Assembly: GCA_963978095.1 (NCBI GenBank)
Contig: CAXBQP010000006.1
Span: forward strand, 1 to 64,000
Direction: 5' to 3'
Source: an uncultured bacterium
GTDB taxonomy: Bacteria > Gemmatimonadota > Gemmatimonadetes > Gemmatimonadales > Gemmatimonadaceae
DNA length: 64,000 bases
Part shown: positions 40,802-50,117 of the stretch, piece after piece
Position numbering within the stretch: the first letter of the stretch is position 1
Layout: every line of letters starts with the position of its first letter
The notes under the pieces: generated by a model
Database searches by the model: none
Seen by the model: the letters and a program-made list of their open reading frames with translations, nothing else
Told to the model about the DNA's origin: nothing
Made by a program: the position numbers and the translations under genes

Positions 40802-41868
40802 ACGCTGGCGTGAAGCGGACGCTCGAAGAGTCGGTGCTCCCGCCGTTGGTCGCGTTGGTGGTCGCGTTGCTCGTCGGCGATCTGCTGATCCTCGCCTACG
40901 GTCAGGCGCCCGGCGCCGTCTGGCGACTCTTGATCGACGGCACGTGGGGGAACGCGTACGGCTTCGGCCAGGTCCTCTACAAAGCCACGACCCTCACCTG
41001 CACCGGACTCGCGGTCGCGATGTCGCTGCGCGCCGGTCTCTTCAACATCGGCGCCGAGGGACAGCTCGCGGCCGGTGGATTCGGCGCCGCACTCGCGGGC
41101 GTGGCTCTGCCCGCTGGCACGCCGGCAGTCGTCGCGGTTCCCATCGTGGTGATGGCCGCGCTCCTCTGCGGCGGGCTCGTCGGCGCGGTGCCGGGCGCGC
41201 TGCGGGCCGCGTTCGGCGCCCATGAAGTGATCGTGACCATCATGCTCAACTTCATCGTGCTGGCCCTGCTCAACTATCTCGTCTCGGCCAAGCTGCACGT
41301 TCCCGAGACCCTGCACACCCCCGAGATTCACGCCGGCGCACTCCCGCGATTGTCGAACATCATCAGTGCGTTCCACGGATCGGCGGCGAACTGGACGCTC
41401 GTGATCGTGGCGCTCGCGGCCGCGGCGGCGTGGTGGTTCCTCTTCAAGACCCGCGCGGGGTACGAACTCCGGGCGGTCGGCCTTCAACCGGACGCGGCCG
41501 AGTACGCGGGCGTGAGGGTCGGCATGACCTGGCGGAACGCATTGATCGTCAGCGGTGCGCTCGCCGGACTCGGGGGGATCAACTTCGTGCTCGGCTACAA
41601 GGGCTATTACGAGGACGGATTCACCGGTGGTGCCGGCTTCCTGGGAATCGCGGTGGCGCTCGTCGGGCGGAACCATCCGCTGGGCGTGGTGCTCGCGGCG
41701 TTGTTCTTCGCCACGCTCTCGCAGGGGGGACTCGCCATCAACGCGATGGTCCCCAAGCAGATCGTCGAAGCGCTGCAGGGGATCGTGATCATCGCGGTGG
41801 CGACCTCGGTGCCCGAGGTGCGTCGAATCTTGCGCAACGCGGTGGCCAAGTCCGGAGGATCGCGCTGA
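40798..41868 (+). CDS. ABC transporter permease
   Basis: GLFNIGAEGQ, EVIVTIMLN, GYELRAVG. Confidence 0.92.
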   Translation: MNAGVKRTLEESVLPPLVALVVALLVGDLLILAYGQAPGAVWRLLIDGTWGNAYGFGQVLYKATTLTCTGLAVAMSLRAGLFNIGAEGQLAAGGFGAALAGVALPAGTPAVVAVPIVVMAALLCGGLVGAVPGALRAAFGAHEVIVTIMLNFIVLALLNYLVSAKLHVPETLHTPEIHAGALPRLSNIISAFHGSAANWTLVIVALAAAAAWWFLFKTRAGYELRAVGLQPDAAEYAGVRVGMTWRNALIVSGALAGLGGINFVLGYKGYYEDGFTGGAGFLGIAVALVGRNHPLGVVLAALFFATLSQGGLAINAMVPKQIVEALQGIVIIAVATSVPEVRRILRNAVAKSGGSR

Positions 41869-42746
41869 TGGGTGCCCTGCTCTTCATCGCTCAAACGATC
41901 CGGATTGCGATCCCGTATCTGTTCGCGGCCGCCGGTGGCGCGCTGGCCGAACGGGCCGGCGTGGTGAGCCTCACACTCGAAGGGTTCATGCTGGGGGGCG
42001 CCTTCGGTGCCGTCGTGGGATCCTACTACGCGCACAGTGCGTGGGTCGGACTCGTGGTCGGGGTCGCGTGGGGATTGGCGCTCGCCGGTGTACATGCGGT
42101 GTCGGCCATTCGATTCAAGGCGGACCAGATCGTCGTGGGCGTGGCCATCAATCTGTTCACGGTGGGGATCACGCGGTTCTTCCTCCAACTCGCCTTCGGC
42201 TCGAGTTCGAACTCGCCGCGGGTGACCGGGTTTGGCGCCGAGGGCGTTTCCGGTGCCTCAGGCTTCCTCTCCAATCCGTTGATCTGGCTCGGGGTTCTGG
42301 TCATGCCCGTGGTCTGGTGGATCGTGCAGAAAACGATCTTCGGCCTTCGGGTCCGAGCGGTCGGGGAGCATCCGATGGCTGCCGCCAGTGTTGGCGTACC
42401 GGTGAATCGGGTGCGCTATGTGGCCGTGCTCGCCTCCGGCGCACTCGCGGCGCTCGGTGGCGTCTACCTGGCGCTGGACCAGCACCAGTTCACGGACTCC
42501 ATGACCGCGGGACGCGGATTCATAGCGCTCGCGGCGGTCATCTTCGGACGGTGGGATCCGCTTCGTGCAGGACTCGCCTGTCTGCTCTTCGCGGCTGCCG
42601 AAACGCTGCAGATCCAACTGCAGGCGGCGCAACTGATTCCCTCGCAGTTCGTCGCGATGATCCCCTACGTCCTGACGATCATCGCGGTGGCCGGTGTGGT
42701 CGGACGCTCGCGGTCGCCCGCAGCGCTGGGACGCATCGACGACTGA
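41868..42746 (+). CDS. ABC transporter permease
   Basis: ERAGVV...EG, GLRVRAVGEHP, GRGFIALAA..FGRW. Confidence 0.92.
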   Translation: MGALLFIAQTIRIAIPYLFAAAGGALAERAGVVSLTLEGFMLGGAFGAVVGSYYAHSAWVGLVVGVAWGLALAGVHAVSAIRFKADQIVVGVAINLFTVGITRFFLQLAFGSSSNSPRVTGFGAEGVSGASGFLSNPLIWLGVLVMPVVWWIVQKTIFGLRVRAVGEHPMAAASVGVPVNRVRYVAVLASGALAALGGVYLALDQHQFTDSMTAGRGFIALAAVIFGRWDPLRAGLACLLFAAAETLQIQLQAAQLIPSQFVAMIPYVLTIIAVAGVVGRSRSPAALGRIDD

Positions 42747-42780
42747 GGTCGCAGGTCGTCGGGCCGCGCGACCTGCGTGG

Positions 42781-44304
42781 CTACGGCGTCCGGACCCACA
42801 CCTCGTAGTCGTCGATCGACGCGGCGCGGACGTATCGTCCGCGCGCGAATGCCGCGAGTGTGACGCTTGCCGGCACGCACTCCGGTCCCGGATCCAGGAC
42901 GGCACATGTGCCCGGAACCCGTACGATCACCGCGGGCGGTCGCGCGACCAGTTCCGCGGCGAGTTGCCGCACATGGCGCGGCCCGTACCCGGGCACCAGC
43001 AGCGGATAGTCGTTGAAGTAGCGACTCGACGATGACCGATGCGTGACCGCGAGCACCGCCCCGAAGTTCCCCGTCCCGTAGATCGGCGCGTCCGGCGCCG
43101 AGTGCGCTCGCACGGCAGCGGCCACGCGAGCGAGCGGGGCGTCACCGACGCTGCTCCCCTGATACGCGCGCACGCGCATGGCATCGAGTGCCCGCCAGGT
43201 GGACAGCGCCCACAGGGCAAGCGTGGCCAGCAGCATGCCCTGCTGCATCCGAGCGACTGGCCAGCGCCATCCGTCGCCGTGAGAGTCCGTCGCGCGTGTT
43301 GCTCGGAGCAGCACCGCAAAGGCCGCGAGGGAGGGCAATGCCGTCACCAGATAGTGCCGGAAGCCCTGCCCGCTGATCAGCTGGGCCGCGAACTCGAGCA
43401 GCACGATCCCGCCCGCGCCGGCAAGCAGCAGACGGGGAAGCGGAGCGCGAGCGCGCCACGACAGGACACCGCTGGCCGCGGTCACCAAGGCGAGTGGTGA
43501 TCGTGCATAGAGAAGAAAGAGGAACCACGCATTGGCGATCCGCGCGTGAAGGGGTACGGTCGTGGTGTTGAACCTGGTATTGAAGATCCAGTACTGATCC
43601 CACATCTCGCCGAGCGCGCCATGTGACCGGAGGAACAGCATCACGGGCAGGAGCACGACCGCAGCCGTCAGCAGACTCGCCGACACGAAGCCGATGGCAC
43701 GGCTGCGTCGCCACGCCACGAGCAACGCGGCCGCGGCAACGATCCCCATGACATTGTTGATGCGTGTGCCCACACCCAAGGCCGCGGCTCCTCCCACGAG
43801 CACGCCCGCCACCAGCATCTCGTGGGAATCGGGGTCACGCCCGACCGTACACCGCAGCAGTGCGGTATACGCCGCCAGCTGTGCCGGAAAGAGCCACGTC
43901 TCCGTCAGATCGCCCGAACTCCAGAACATCGCGTACGCCAGGACGAGTGACGCCCCGATCATCGCGGCGTCCCGGGCGCCGACCAGCGTCGTCCACACGC
44001 GGAGTGACCACCACAGGGCCAGCGCGGTGATCCCCCCCTCCACTACCAACACGCCACGCGGCGTGTCGCCGCCCAGGAGCAACGCAGCGGCGTTGAGGAC
44101 ATAGATCAGCGGTCCCTTGTGATCCCACGCATCGAGATACGGCATCCCCCCACCGAGCAACCGTCGGCCCATGTACATGAACGACCCGGAGTCGAGACTC
44201 ACCGGCACCACGACCGCGCCAAAGAGCGTCAGCGCGCCGAGGAGAACGAGCGGGACCGTGAGTGGGACGCCGAGCGGGAGGGGACGGAGTTCGCGCGCAC
44301 TCAT
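42781..44304 (-). CDS. GT-C superfamily membrane glycosyltransferase (ArnT/PMT-like)
   Basis: DSGSFMYMG, PYLDAWDHKGPL, TETW; multi-TM; ATGA overlap with GT2. Confidence 0.72.
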   Translation of the reverse strand: MSARELRPLPLGVPLTVPLVLLGALTLFGAVVVPVSLDSGSFMYMGRRLLGGGMPYLDAWDHKGPLIYVLNAAALLLGGDTPRGVLVVEGGITALALWWSLRVWTTLVGARDAAMIGASLVLAYAMFWSSGDLTETWLFPAQLAAYTALLRCTVGRDPDSHEMLVAGVLVGGAAALGVGTRINNVMGIVAAAALLVAWRRSRAIGFVSASLLTAAVVLLPVMLFLRSHGALGEMWDQYWIFNTRFNTTTVPLHARIANAWFLFLLYARSPLALVTAASGVLSWRARAPLPRLLLAGAGGIVLLEFAAQLISGQGFRHYLVTALPSLAAFAVLLRATRATDSHGDGWRWPVARMQQGMLLATLALWALSTWRALDAMRVRAYQGSSVGDAPLARVAAAVRAHSAPDAPIYGTGNFGAVLAVTHRSSSSRYFNDYPLLVPGYGPRHVRQLAAELVARPPAVIVRVPGTCAVLDPGPECVPASVTLAAFARGRYVRAASIDDYEVWVRTP

Positions 44305-45020
44305 GAGGCCGCGCGGGGAAAGCGGCGCATCGAGCGCCGGAGCGCGAACAGGATACCGATCGTCATGGGAATCCGTCGGAGCACATGGATCGGCGCCGGG
44401 CGAATCTCGCGCACCGTGATCGGCACCTCCGCGATCCGGCATCCCTGCCGCGCGGCGATCAGGACGATCTCCGTCTGCAGCGCTTCGTCCGTCGTGACCG
44501 CGAGCCCGCACAGCTGTTGCGCCAGTGCGGTGTCGAGGGTTTTCAGTCCGTGCGTATCCGTGCCGTCGTAGCCGACGACCACGCGCAGCACCGCATTGAA
44601 GACGCGCGTGATCACGCGACGGTGCAGCGGCCGTGCGTCAACCGAACCGGCCGTGCGTTTGGAGGCGACCACGAAACGCGCCGCCCCCTCCTGGAGCATG
44701 TGGAGCGAGACTCGGGCGAAGTCTGCGTCGAGGAAATCCACTTCGAGGATCGACAGCCAGTGCCCGGTGGCGGCGAGCATGCCGGCGCGGATGGCTTCGC
44801 CATAACTGCCGCGCGGGATGGACAACGCCTTGACTCGCGGATCGTGCGACGCCATGGCCTCCACCACCGCACGCGTCCCGTCCACGGAGCCATTCTCCAC
44901 CAGAATGATTTCGGTGAGCGCCGAGCGCGTGGGCGTGTCCAACCGCGAGAGAAACCCGCGCACGGCGTCTTCGACGTGCGCCGCTTCATTATGCAGCGGG
45001 ATGATGACGGAATAACTCAC
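44301..45020 (-). CDS. GT2 glycosyltransferase (polyprenol-phosphate sugar synthase-like)
   Basis: SVIIPLHNE, VENGSVDGT, YGEAIRAG, EVD, TDTHGLK; GTGA overlap. Confidence 0.85.
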   Translation of the reverse strand: MSYSVIIPLHNEAAHVEDAVRGFLSRLDTPTRSALTEIILVENGSVDGTRAVVEAMASHDPRVKALSIPRGSYGEAIRAGMLAATGHWLSILEVDFLDADFARVSLHMLQEGAARFVVASKRTAGSVDARPLHRRVITRVFNAVLRVVVGYDGTDTHGLKTLDTALAQQLCGLAVTTDEALQTEIVLIAARQGCRIAEVPITVREIRPAPIHVLRRIPMTIGILFALRRSMRRFPRAAS

Positions 45021-46336
45021 GCGATCGCCTGTTGCGCGGCGGCGATGCCGTCGAGCATGGAATCTTCCATGCTGGTGTAGTCCCATGCGCCATAGCGGCC
45101 GATGCTCCGCACGCCATGCTCCGCGAGTCGCGCGGTGATGCGTGCCACCACGGCATCGCGCGTGGGCGTGTGATGCACGTACGCGCAGGGAATCACCGTC
45201 GTCGCCCGGCAGACGACCTGCTCGCGCTGCAGCCAGCCGAGCCGTTCGAGGGCGTCGAGGACGCGTGGTTCGAGATCACCCGCGATGTCCAGGCGATCCA
45301 TCTGGTCGCCCGGGACTCCCACTTCGACATACACCGAGGCATGTCCCTCCGGACAGGTGCCGCGACTGATGTTGGAATAGGCACCGACGCGGTAGAACGG
45401 CAGCTCGGGCTGCGGCGTATAGATCCAGTGCGCGTCCCCGAACGCCGCGCCCAACGCGCCGCGGATCCCGAGGTTGATGTTGACCGTGGCGGAATGCGTG
45501 AGCCCTGCGGCATCGGCCACCAAGGTGGGATCACCGCTGAGCGCGCACAGGTGCGTGAGTGGGAGACTCGAGAGGAGCGTGTCCCATCCCACGGTGCGCC
45601 CGCGCGTCGTGCGGAGTTCGCGACGCGTGAGGTCGATCGCGTGCACCCCCTCACCGACCGAGACGCCGCGGAGTCCCTGCGCGAGCCCGTCGACCAAGGC
45701 CCCGATTCCGCCATGGCGCGGGTACCAGAAGCGGGAGTTGTACTCGTCGGGAGGCGCATCGTGTGCGGCGAAGCCCCGTCGCACGGCGGTGTCGTCCGGC
45801 GGGGGGAAGAACCGGCGGACCGCGTCCGTCGAGAGCCGATCGAGCGACGTCGCGAGCGATTTCTCGTTCTGCGGAATCAGGAACGCGTCGGCGAGTGCCT
45901 GGCCGAATCCGGCGATCATCCACTCGCGGAATGACGACCGGTGGGTCGAGAGGGCGGGACGGCGCTCGTACGATGCCATGCACGCCTCGCGCAATGGTGA
46001 TGGCATCCTCCCCATGTGGTACTGCACGGGCGCCGGCACGCACGTGCCCCCGAGCCAGCACGAGGAACGACGCGCGATCCGCTGCCAATCCTGGTCGCGG
46101 AGCCCGGCGTGCGGGATCTCGGCGGGCGATGCAAACCGGCTCAGGTGCAACAAGTGGCCGGTGTAGTCGAAGGTGAACCCTCCGACATGCATCGAGCGGG
46201 TAAGTCCGCCGACCGTGGCGGCCGCTTCCAGGACCTCCACCTCCCGGCCCGCCGCCTGCAGCTCGCGCGCCGCCGCGAGACCGGTGATGCCGGCCCCGGC
46301 AACGATCACCGGTCGTCGTGTCGTCATGCGCTGCAT
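45017..46336 (-). CDS. FAD-dependent oxidoreductase, HemY/UDP-galactopyranose mutase-like
   Basis: GAGITG, GGLTRS, FDYTGH, FWYP.HGGIG, FYR, GRYGAWDY.SMED. Confidence 0.8.
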   Translation of the reverse strand: MQRMTTRRPVIVAGAGITGLAAARELQAAGREVEVLEAAATVGGLTRSMHVGGFTFDYTGHLLHLSRFASPAEIPHAGLRDQDWQRIARRSSCWLGGTCVPAPVQYHMGRMPSPLREACMASYERRPALSTHRSSFREWMIAGFGQALADAFLIPQNEKSLATSLDRLSTDAVRRFFPPPDDTAVRRGFAAHDAPPDEYNSRFWYPRHGGIGALVDGLAQGLRGVSVGEGVHAIDLTRRELRTTRGRTVGWDTLLSSLPLTHLCALSGDPTLVADAAGLTHSATVNINLGIRGALGAAFGDAHWIYTPQPELPFYRVGAYSNISRGTCPEGHASVYVEVGVPGDQMDRLDIAGDLEPRVLDALERLGWLQREQVVCRATTVIPCAYVHHTPTRDAVVARITARLAEHGVRSIGRYGAWDYTSMEDSMLDGIAAAQQAIA

Positions 46337-46614
46337 TCGGGCGCGGCGATGATCGCGCCGTACGGGGAATTCCAGTCAGGCACGCGGGGTCGGACGGAGG
46401 GGTGCCATGGCCGTCGGCGAGGAGAGCGCGAGATGCAGATCGCAGAGCGCAATATCATGCCGCTTCCGCTGCGGCGTCAATCGCGGTGACGGACGGGGAA
46501 CATTGGTCGGGCGGGACGGGTTCCGGTGGCAGCGCACCAGCGGCATCTTTCTGCGTGTTCGGTGCTTCATCACTGGGGCCGTCGCGGTGCCCCTCCCCAG
46601 CATCCTGAGGTCGT

Positions 46615-47841
46615 TTGGGCAAGCTCGTCGTTCTGATGGTCACAGCATTCGTGGACATGGTCGGCAACCTCATGGTGCTGCCCCTGTTGCCGTTCGTGGC
46701 CACTCGGTTTCTCGGGCATGGACCGCTCTGGACGCTCCTCAACGCGATCGGCGCCGGCGGCCCGGGCGTCGTGGTGTCCCTGCTCGTGGCCACGTTCGCC
46801 GTGGCGCAGCTCACCAGCGCGCCGCTGTGGGGGCGGTTTTCGGACCGCTACGGACGCCGACCCGCCTTGATGATCGGCCTCGGTTCGTCGGCCATCGCCT
46901 ACGTCCTGTTCGCCTACGCGAACTCGCTCGAACTGCTCTTCCTGCTGCGGCTGGTCCAAGGTGCCGGCGGCGGCACCGTCGGAGTGATCCAGGCCTACGT
47001 GGCCGACGCGACCAAGCCGGAAGACCGCAGCAAGGCGCTGGGATGGCTTTCCGCGGCCACCAATGCCGGGGTCGCGCTGGGCCCGGTCCTGGGTTCGACC
47101 GCCGCCCACTTCAGCGACCGGGGGCCGGGATTGGCGGCCGCCGCGCTGGCGGGGGTGAACATGTTCTTCGCGTGGACATACCTCCGCGAGTCGCACGATA
47201 CCAATGCCGTGCGCGCGGCCGGCAAGGTGGTCACGAAGTCGAGCGTCGCGGTGCGCCGCGTCGTCTCGCATTGGCGAGAGCCCGCCTCGCGTTTGATCTG
47301 GATCTACGCCATCACCATGGGCTCCTTCCAAGGGATGAACACGATTCTCGCGCTCTTCCTGGGTGCGAAGTTCGGCGTCGACAAGACCACGATCGGCTGG
47401 TTCTTCACCTACGTCGGCACGATCTCGATCTTCGCCCGCGCCCTGGTGCTCGGACGCATGGTGGATTGGCTCGGTGAACCTCGCCTCTCCCGGATCGGGA
47501 TGGTGATGCTGGCGACGGGGCTCGGCACCATGCCACTCACGCCGAGCATTCCGTGGTTGGCGGTCAGCGTGGCGCTCATTCCACTGGGAACCGCGTTCAC
47601 CTTTCCGTGCGTGACCGGGCTGCTGTCCCGGATCGTGCCGCAGCACGAGCGTGGGTTGTACATGGGGGTGCAGCAAACGTTCGGCGGTGCCGCGCGTTCG
47701 ATCGCGCCGATTTACGCCGGATGGGCCTTCGACCATCTGGGGCATGGCGTGCCCTACTTCACCGCCGCTGGTATCGTGCTCGCGACCATCAGCCTGGGGA
47801 TCGGCATGGAGCGTCACGTACCGGCGAAAGGCAGCGGCTGA
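46615..47841 (+). CDS. MFS transporter (TetA/DHA1-like)
   Basis: GRFSDRYGRRP motif A, GPVLG; about 12 TM; TTG start with GAGG RBS. Confidence 0.9.
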   Translation: MGKLVVLMVTAFVDMVGNLMVLPLLPFVATRFLGHGPLWTLLNAIGAGGPGVVVSLLVATFAVAQLTSAPLWGRFSDRYGRRPALMIGLGSSAIAYVLFAYANSLELLFLLRLVQGAGGGTVGVIQAYVADATKPEDRSKALGWLSAATNAGVALGPVLGSTAAHFSDRGPGLAAAALAGVNMFFAWTYLRESHDTNAVRAAGKVVTKSSVAVRRVVSHWREPASRLIWIYAITMGSFQGMNTILALFLGAKFGVDKTTIGWFFTYVGTISIFARALVLGRMVDWLGEPRLSRIGMVMLATGLGTMPLTPSIPWLAVSVALIPLGTAFTFPCVTGLLSRIVPQHERGLYMGVQQTFGGAARSIAPIYAGWAFDHLGHGVPYFTAAGIVLATISLGIGMERHVPAKGSG

Positions 47842-47878
47842 GTCCCCGACGGTCAGCGCGGACTCAGCCCGCTGACGG

Positions 47879-48502
47879 CTACGCGCTGGGTTCGCTCTCG
47901 AGTACCGACTTGGCGATCTCGACCATCGGCTTCGATCGGTCCTGACTCGAGCGTTGCAGAATCCGATACGCCTCAGGTTCCGAGCACCCGGTACGGCGCA
48001 TGAGGATCCCCTTGGCCCGCTCGATCACTTTGCGTGCTTCGAGCGCGGCTTTGGCTTCAGTCGCATCCCGCTTCGCCGACCGCAGCGCCATGGAGCGTGA
48101 CACCGCGAGCCGAATGGTGGAATCCAGCATCTTCGGCGGCACTGGCTTGGGCAGGAAGGCGACTGCGCCGGTCGTCACCGTCTCCTTGTCCGAGAGCGTG
48201 ACGTTTTCGTCGCCACTATAAAGAATCACGGCGATCCCCGGCAGCGAACGCGTGATCACTTCCGCCGCCTCGATTCCGGATCCGTCAGGCATGTGGATGT
48301 CGAGCAGAACCGCATCGGGGCGCAGGTCGCGCGCTTTCTCGGCGGCTTCGACGCCCGTAGCAACAGCAATCACGACCTCGTAGCCCAAGGTCTCGAGGAC
48401 CTCGGTGAGCATCTCGCGGGAATCGATTTCATCCTCGGCGAGCAGGATACGGAGACGAGCGGACAACTCGGGACTCGTGGCAACAGGCTTCATGGCAGTC
48501 AT
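47879..48502 (-). CDS. ANTAR-domain response regulator (REC + ANTAR)
   Basis: AEDE, LLDIHMP, FLPKP; RKVIERAKGILM...EAYRILQRSS. Confidence 0.93.
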   Translation of the reverse strand: MTAMKPVATSPELSARLRILLAEDEIDSREMLTEVLETLGYEVVIAVATGVEAAEKARDLRPDAVLLDIHMPDGSGIEAAEVITRSLPGIAVILYSGDENVTLSDKETVTTGAVAFLPKPVPPKMLDSTIRLAVSRSMALRSAKRDATEAKAALEARKVIERAKGILMRRTGCSEPEAYRILQRSSQDRSKPMVEIAKSVLESEPSA

Positions 48503-48522
48503 GTTCGTGCACTCCAAAGTCG

Positions 48523-48822
48523 TCAGGACGATGAGGAATCGGGCGCTTTCGCGCCAGCGTCCGCCCCATCGTCGAGGCGCGCGCGTTCTGCTTCCAACAG
48601 CACCCGCATGCGGGCGGCGAGCCGCCCGTCCGCGTTGGCGAACCCTTCGATCCGACGCGCGAGATCGCGCACCTTCTCCGGGTCCGTTGCGTTCGCGTCC
48701 AGCAACCACGCCGCCGACACGATGGGGTTCAGCACATTGCGGACTTCGTGCAACAACGCCCGCCCGACTCGCGTGGCCGCGTCGAGTCGCGGATCGCCGG
48801 GCAGTGCCGCCCGTGAACTCAC
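48523..48822 (-). CDS. Stand-alone DHp/HisKA-like protein (99 aa), no ATPase domain
   Basis: H-box LLHEVRNVLNPIVSAAWLL; GTGA overlap with the NDH-2 stop. Confidence 0.7.
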   Translation of the reverse strand: MSSRAALPGDPRLDAATRVGRALLHEVRNVLNPIVSAAWLLDANATDPEKVRDLARRIEGFANADGRLAARMRVLLEAERARLDDGADAGAKAPDSSSS

Positions 48823-50117
48823 GGGCGCGGAATCTCCCACTCTCCCGTCACCGGACTGGCCAGATTCTCGGCTTCGGTGATCAACCGCGCACCGCGCTGA
48901 TAGGTGGCCCACGCATACCCCCACTGCACCAGCACCGTGATGCGGTTGCGGAACCCGACCAGATACATGATGTGCACGAATGCCCACAGGAGCCAAGCCG
49001 GGTAGCCGGCGAACTTCAGGCCGGCAAACACCGCGACCGCCCGATTCCGGCCGATCGTCGCAAGATCCCCCTTGTTGAAATAGCGGAAGGTCTCGGTCTG
49101 GTACCCGCGTATCAGACGAAGGATCTGTCGACCGGCATGCGTTCCCTCCTGGTTCGCGGCCGGTGCGACTCCCGGAACCCATTCGTTCTCACCGCGGCGG
49201 ACGGCGGCGAGATCACCCGCCACGAACACCTCCGGGTGCCCCGGGACCGACAGATCATGCTCGACCAGCACACGGCCGGCCCGGTCCAGCGGACACCGCA
49301 GGTCGGCGGCCAGGGGCGAGGCCTGATTCCCCGCCGCCCAAAATACGCCACCGGATGCGATGAAATCGTCGCCGATGTACACGCCGTGATCATCGATCTT
49401 CGTGACGATCGAGTTGGTGCGCACCTCGACATCCAGATGCTCAAGGTCTCGCGCGGCCCGCTCGGACAGCGATTCGGGGAACCCGGGGAGCACCCGCGGG
49501 CCTCCTTCCACCAGAATCACGCGCGTCTTGCTCGTGTCGATCCGACGGAAGTCGCGCTGGAGCGCCTTGTGCGCGATCTCCGTGATGGTCCCGGCGAGCT
49601 CCACGCCGGTCGGACCGCCCCCGACGATAACGAATGTCATGAGCGCATCGCGCTCCACCGGATTCACGGCCCGTTCGGCGTGCTCGAACGCGATCAGGAA
49701 CCGGCGACGGATCTCCAGCGCATCTTCGAGACTCTTGAGTCCCGGGGCATGACGCTCCCATTGGTCGTTCCCGAAGTACGCGTGCCGGGATCCCGTGGCC
49801 ACCAACAGGTAGTCATAGCGGATCGCGCCCACGGCATCGCTGAGATTGACCTCCTTCCGCGCGACATCGATCGACAACACACTGCCGAGCAGAACGGTCA
49901 CGTTGCGTTGATCACGCAACACCCATCGTATGGGCACGGTGATGTCACTTGGCGCCAACGACGCGGTCGCCACCTGATAGAGCAGCGGCTGGAACAGATG
50001 ATGATTGGTGCGGTCGATGAGCGTGACGTCGACCGCAGCCTCGCGGAACTCGCGCGCGGCCGCAAGGCCGGCGAATCCGCCGCCGAGGATGACGATGTGA
50101 GGGCGCGTGGTAGTCAC
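48819..50117 (-). CDS. ndh: Type II NADH:quinone oxidoreductase family flavoprotein
   Basis: GGGFAG, HLFQPLLYQVAT, GGGPTGVELAG, WAAG, KGDLATIGR. Confidence 0.9.
   Translation of the reverse strand: MTTTRPHIVILGGGFAGLAAAREFREAAVDVTLIDRTNHHLFQPLLYQVATASLAPSDITVPIRWVLRDQRNVTVLLGSVLSIDVARKEVNLSDAVGAIRYDYLLVATGSRHAYFGNDQWERHAPGLKSLEDALEIRRRFLIAFEHAERAVNPVERDALMTFVIVGGGPTGVELAGTITEIAHKALQRDFRRIDTSKTRVILVEGGPRVLPGFPESLSERAARDLEHLDVEVRTNSIVTKIDDHGVYIGDDFIASGGVFWAAGNQASPLAADLRCPLDRAGRVLVEHDLSVPGHPEVFVAGDLAAVRRGENEWVPGVAPAANQEGTHAGRQILRLIRGYQTETFRYFNKGDLATIGRNRAVAVFAGLKFAGYPAWLLWAFVHIMYLVGFRNRITVLVQWGYAWATYQRGARLITEAENLASPVTGEWEIPRP

Noticed and set aside
46337..46614. Intergenic region beside the MFS gene as an ANTAR target RNA or small ORF
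   Set aside because: No convincing twin hairpins with hexaloops, and the short ORFs are not protein-like.
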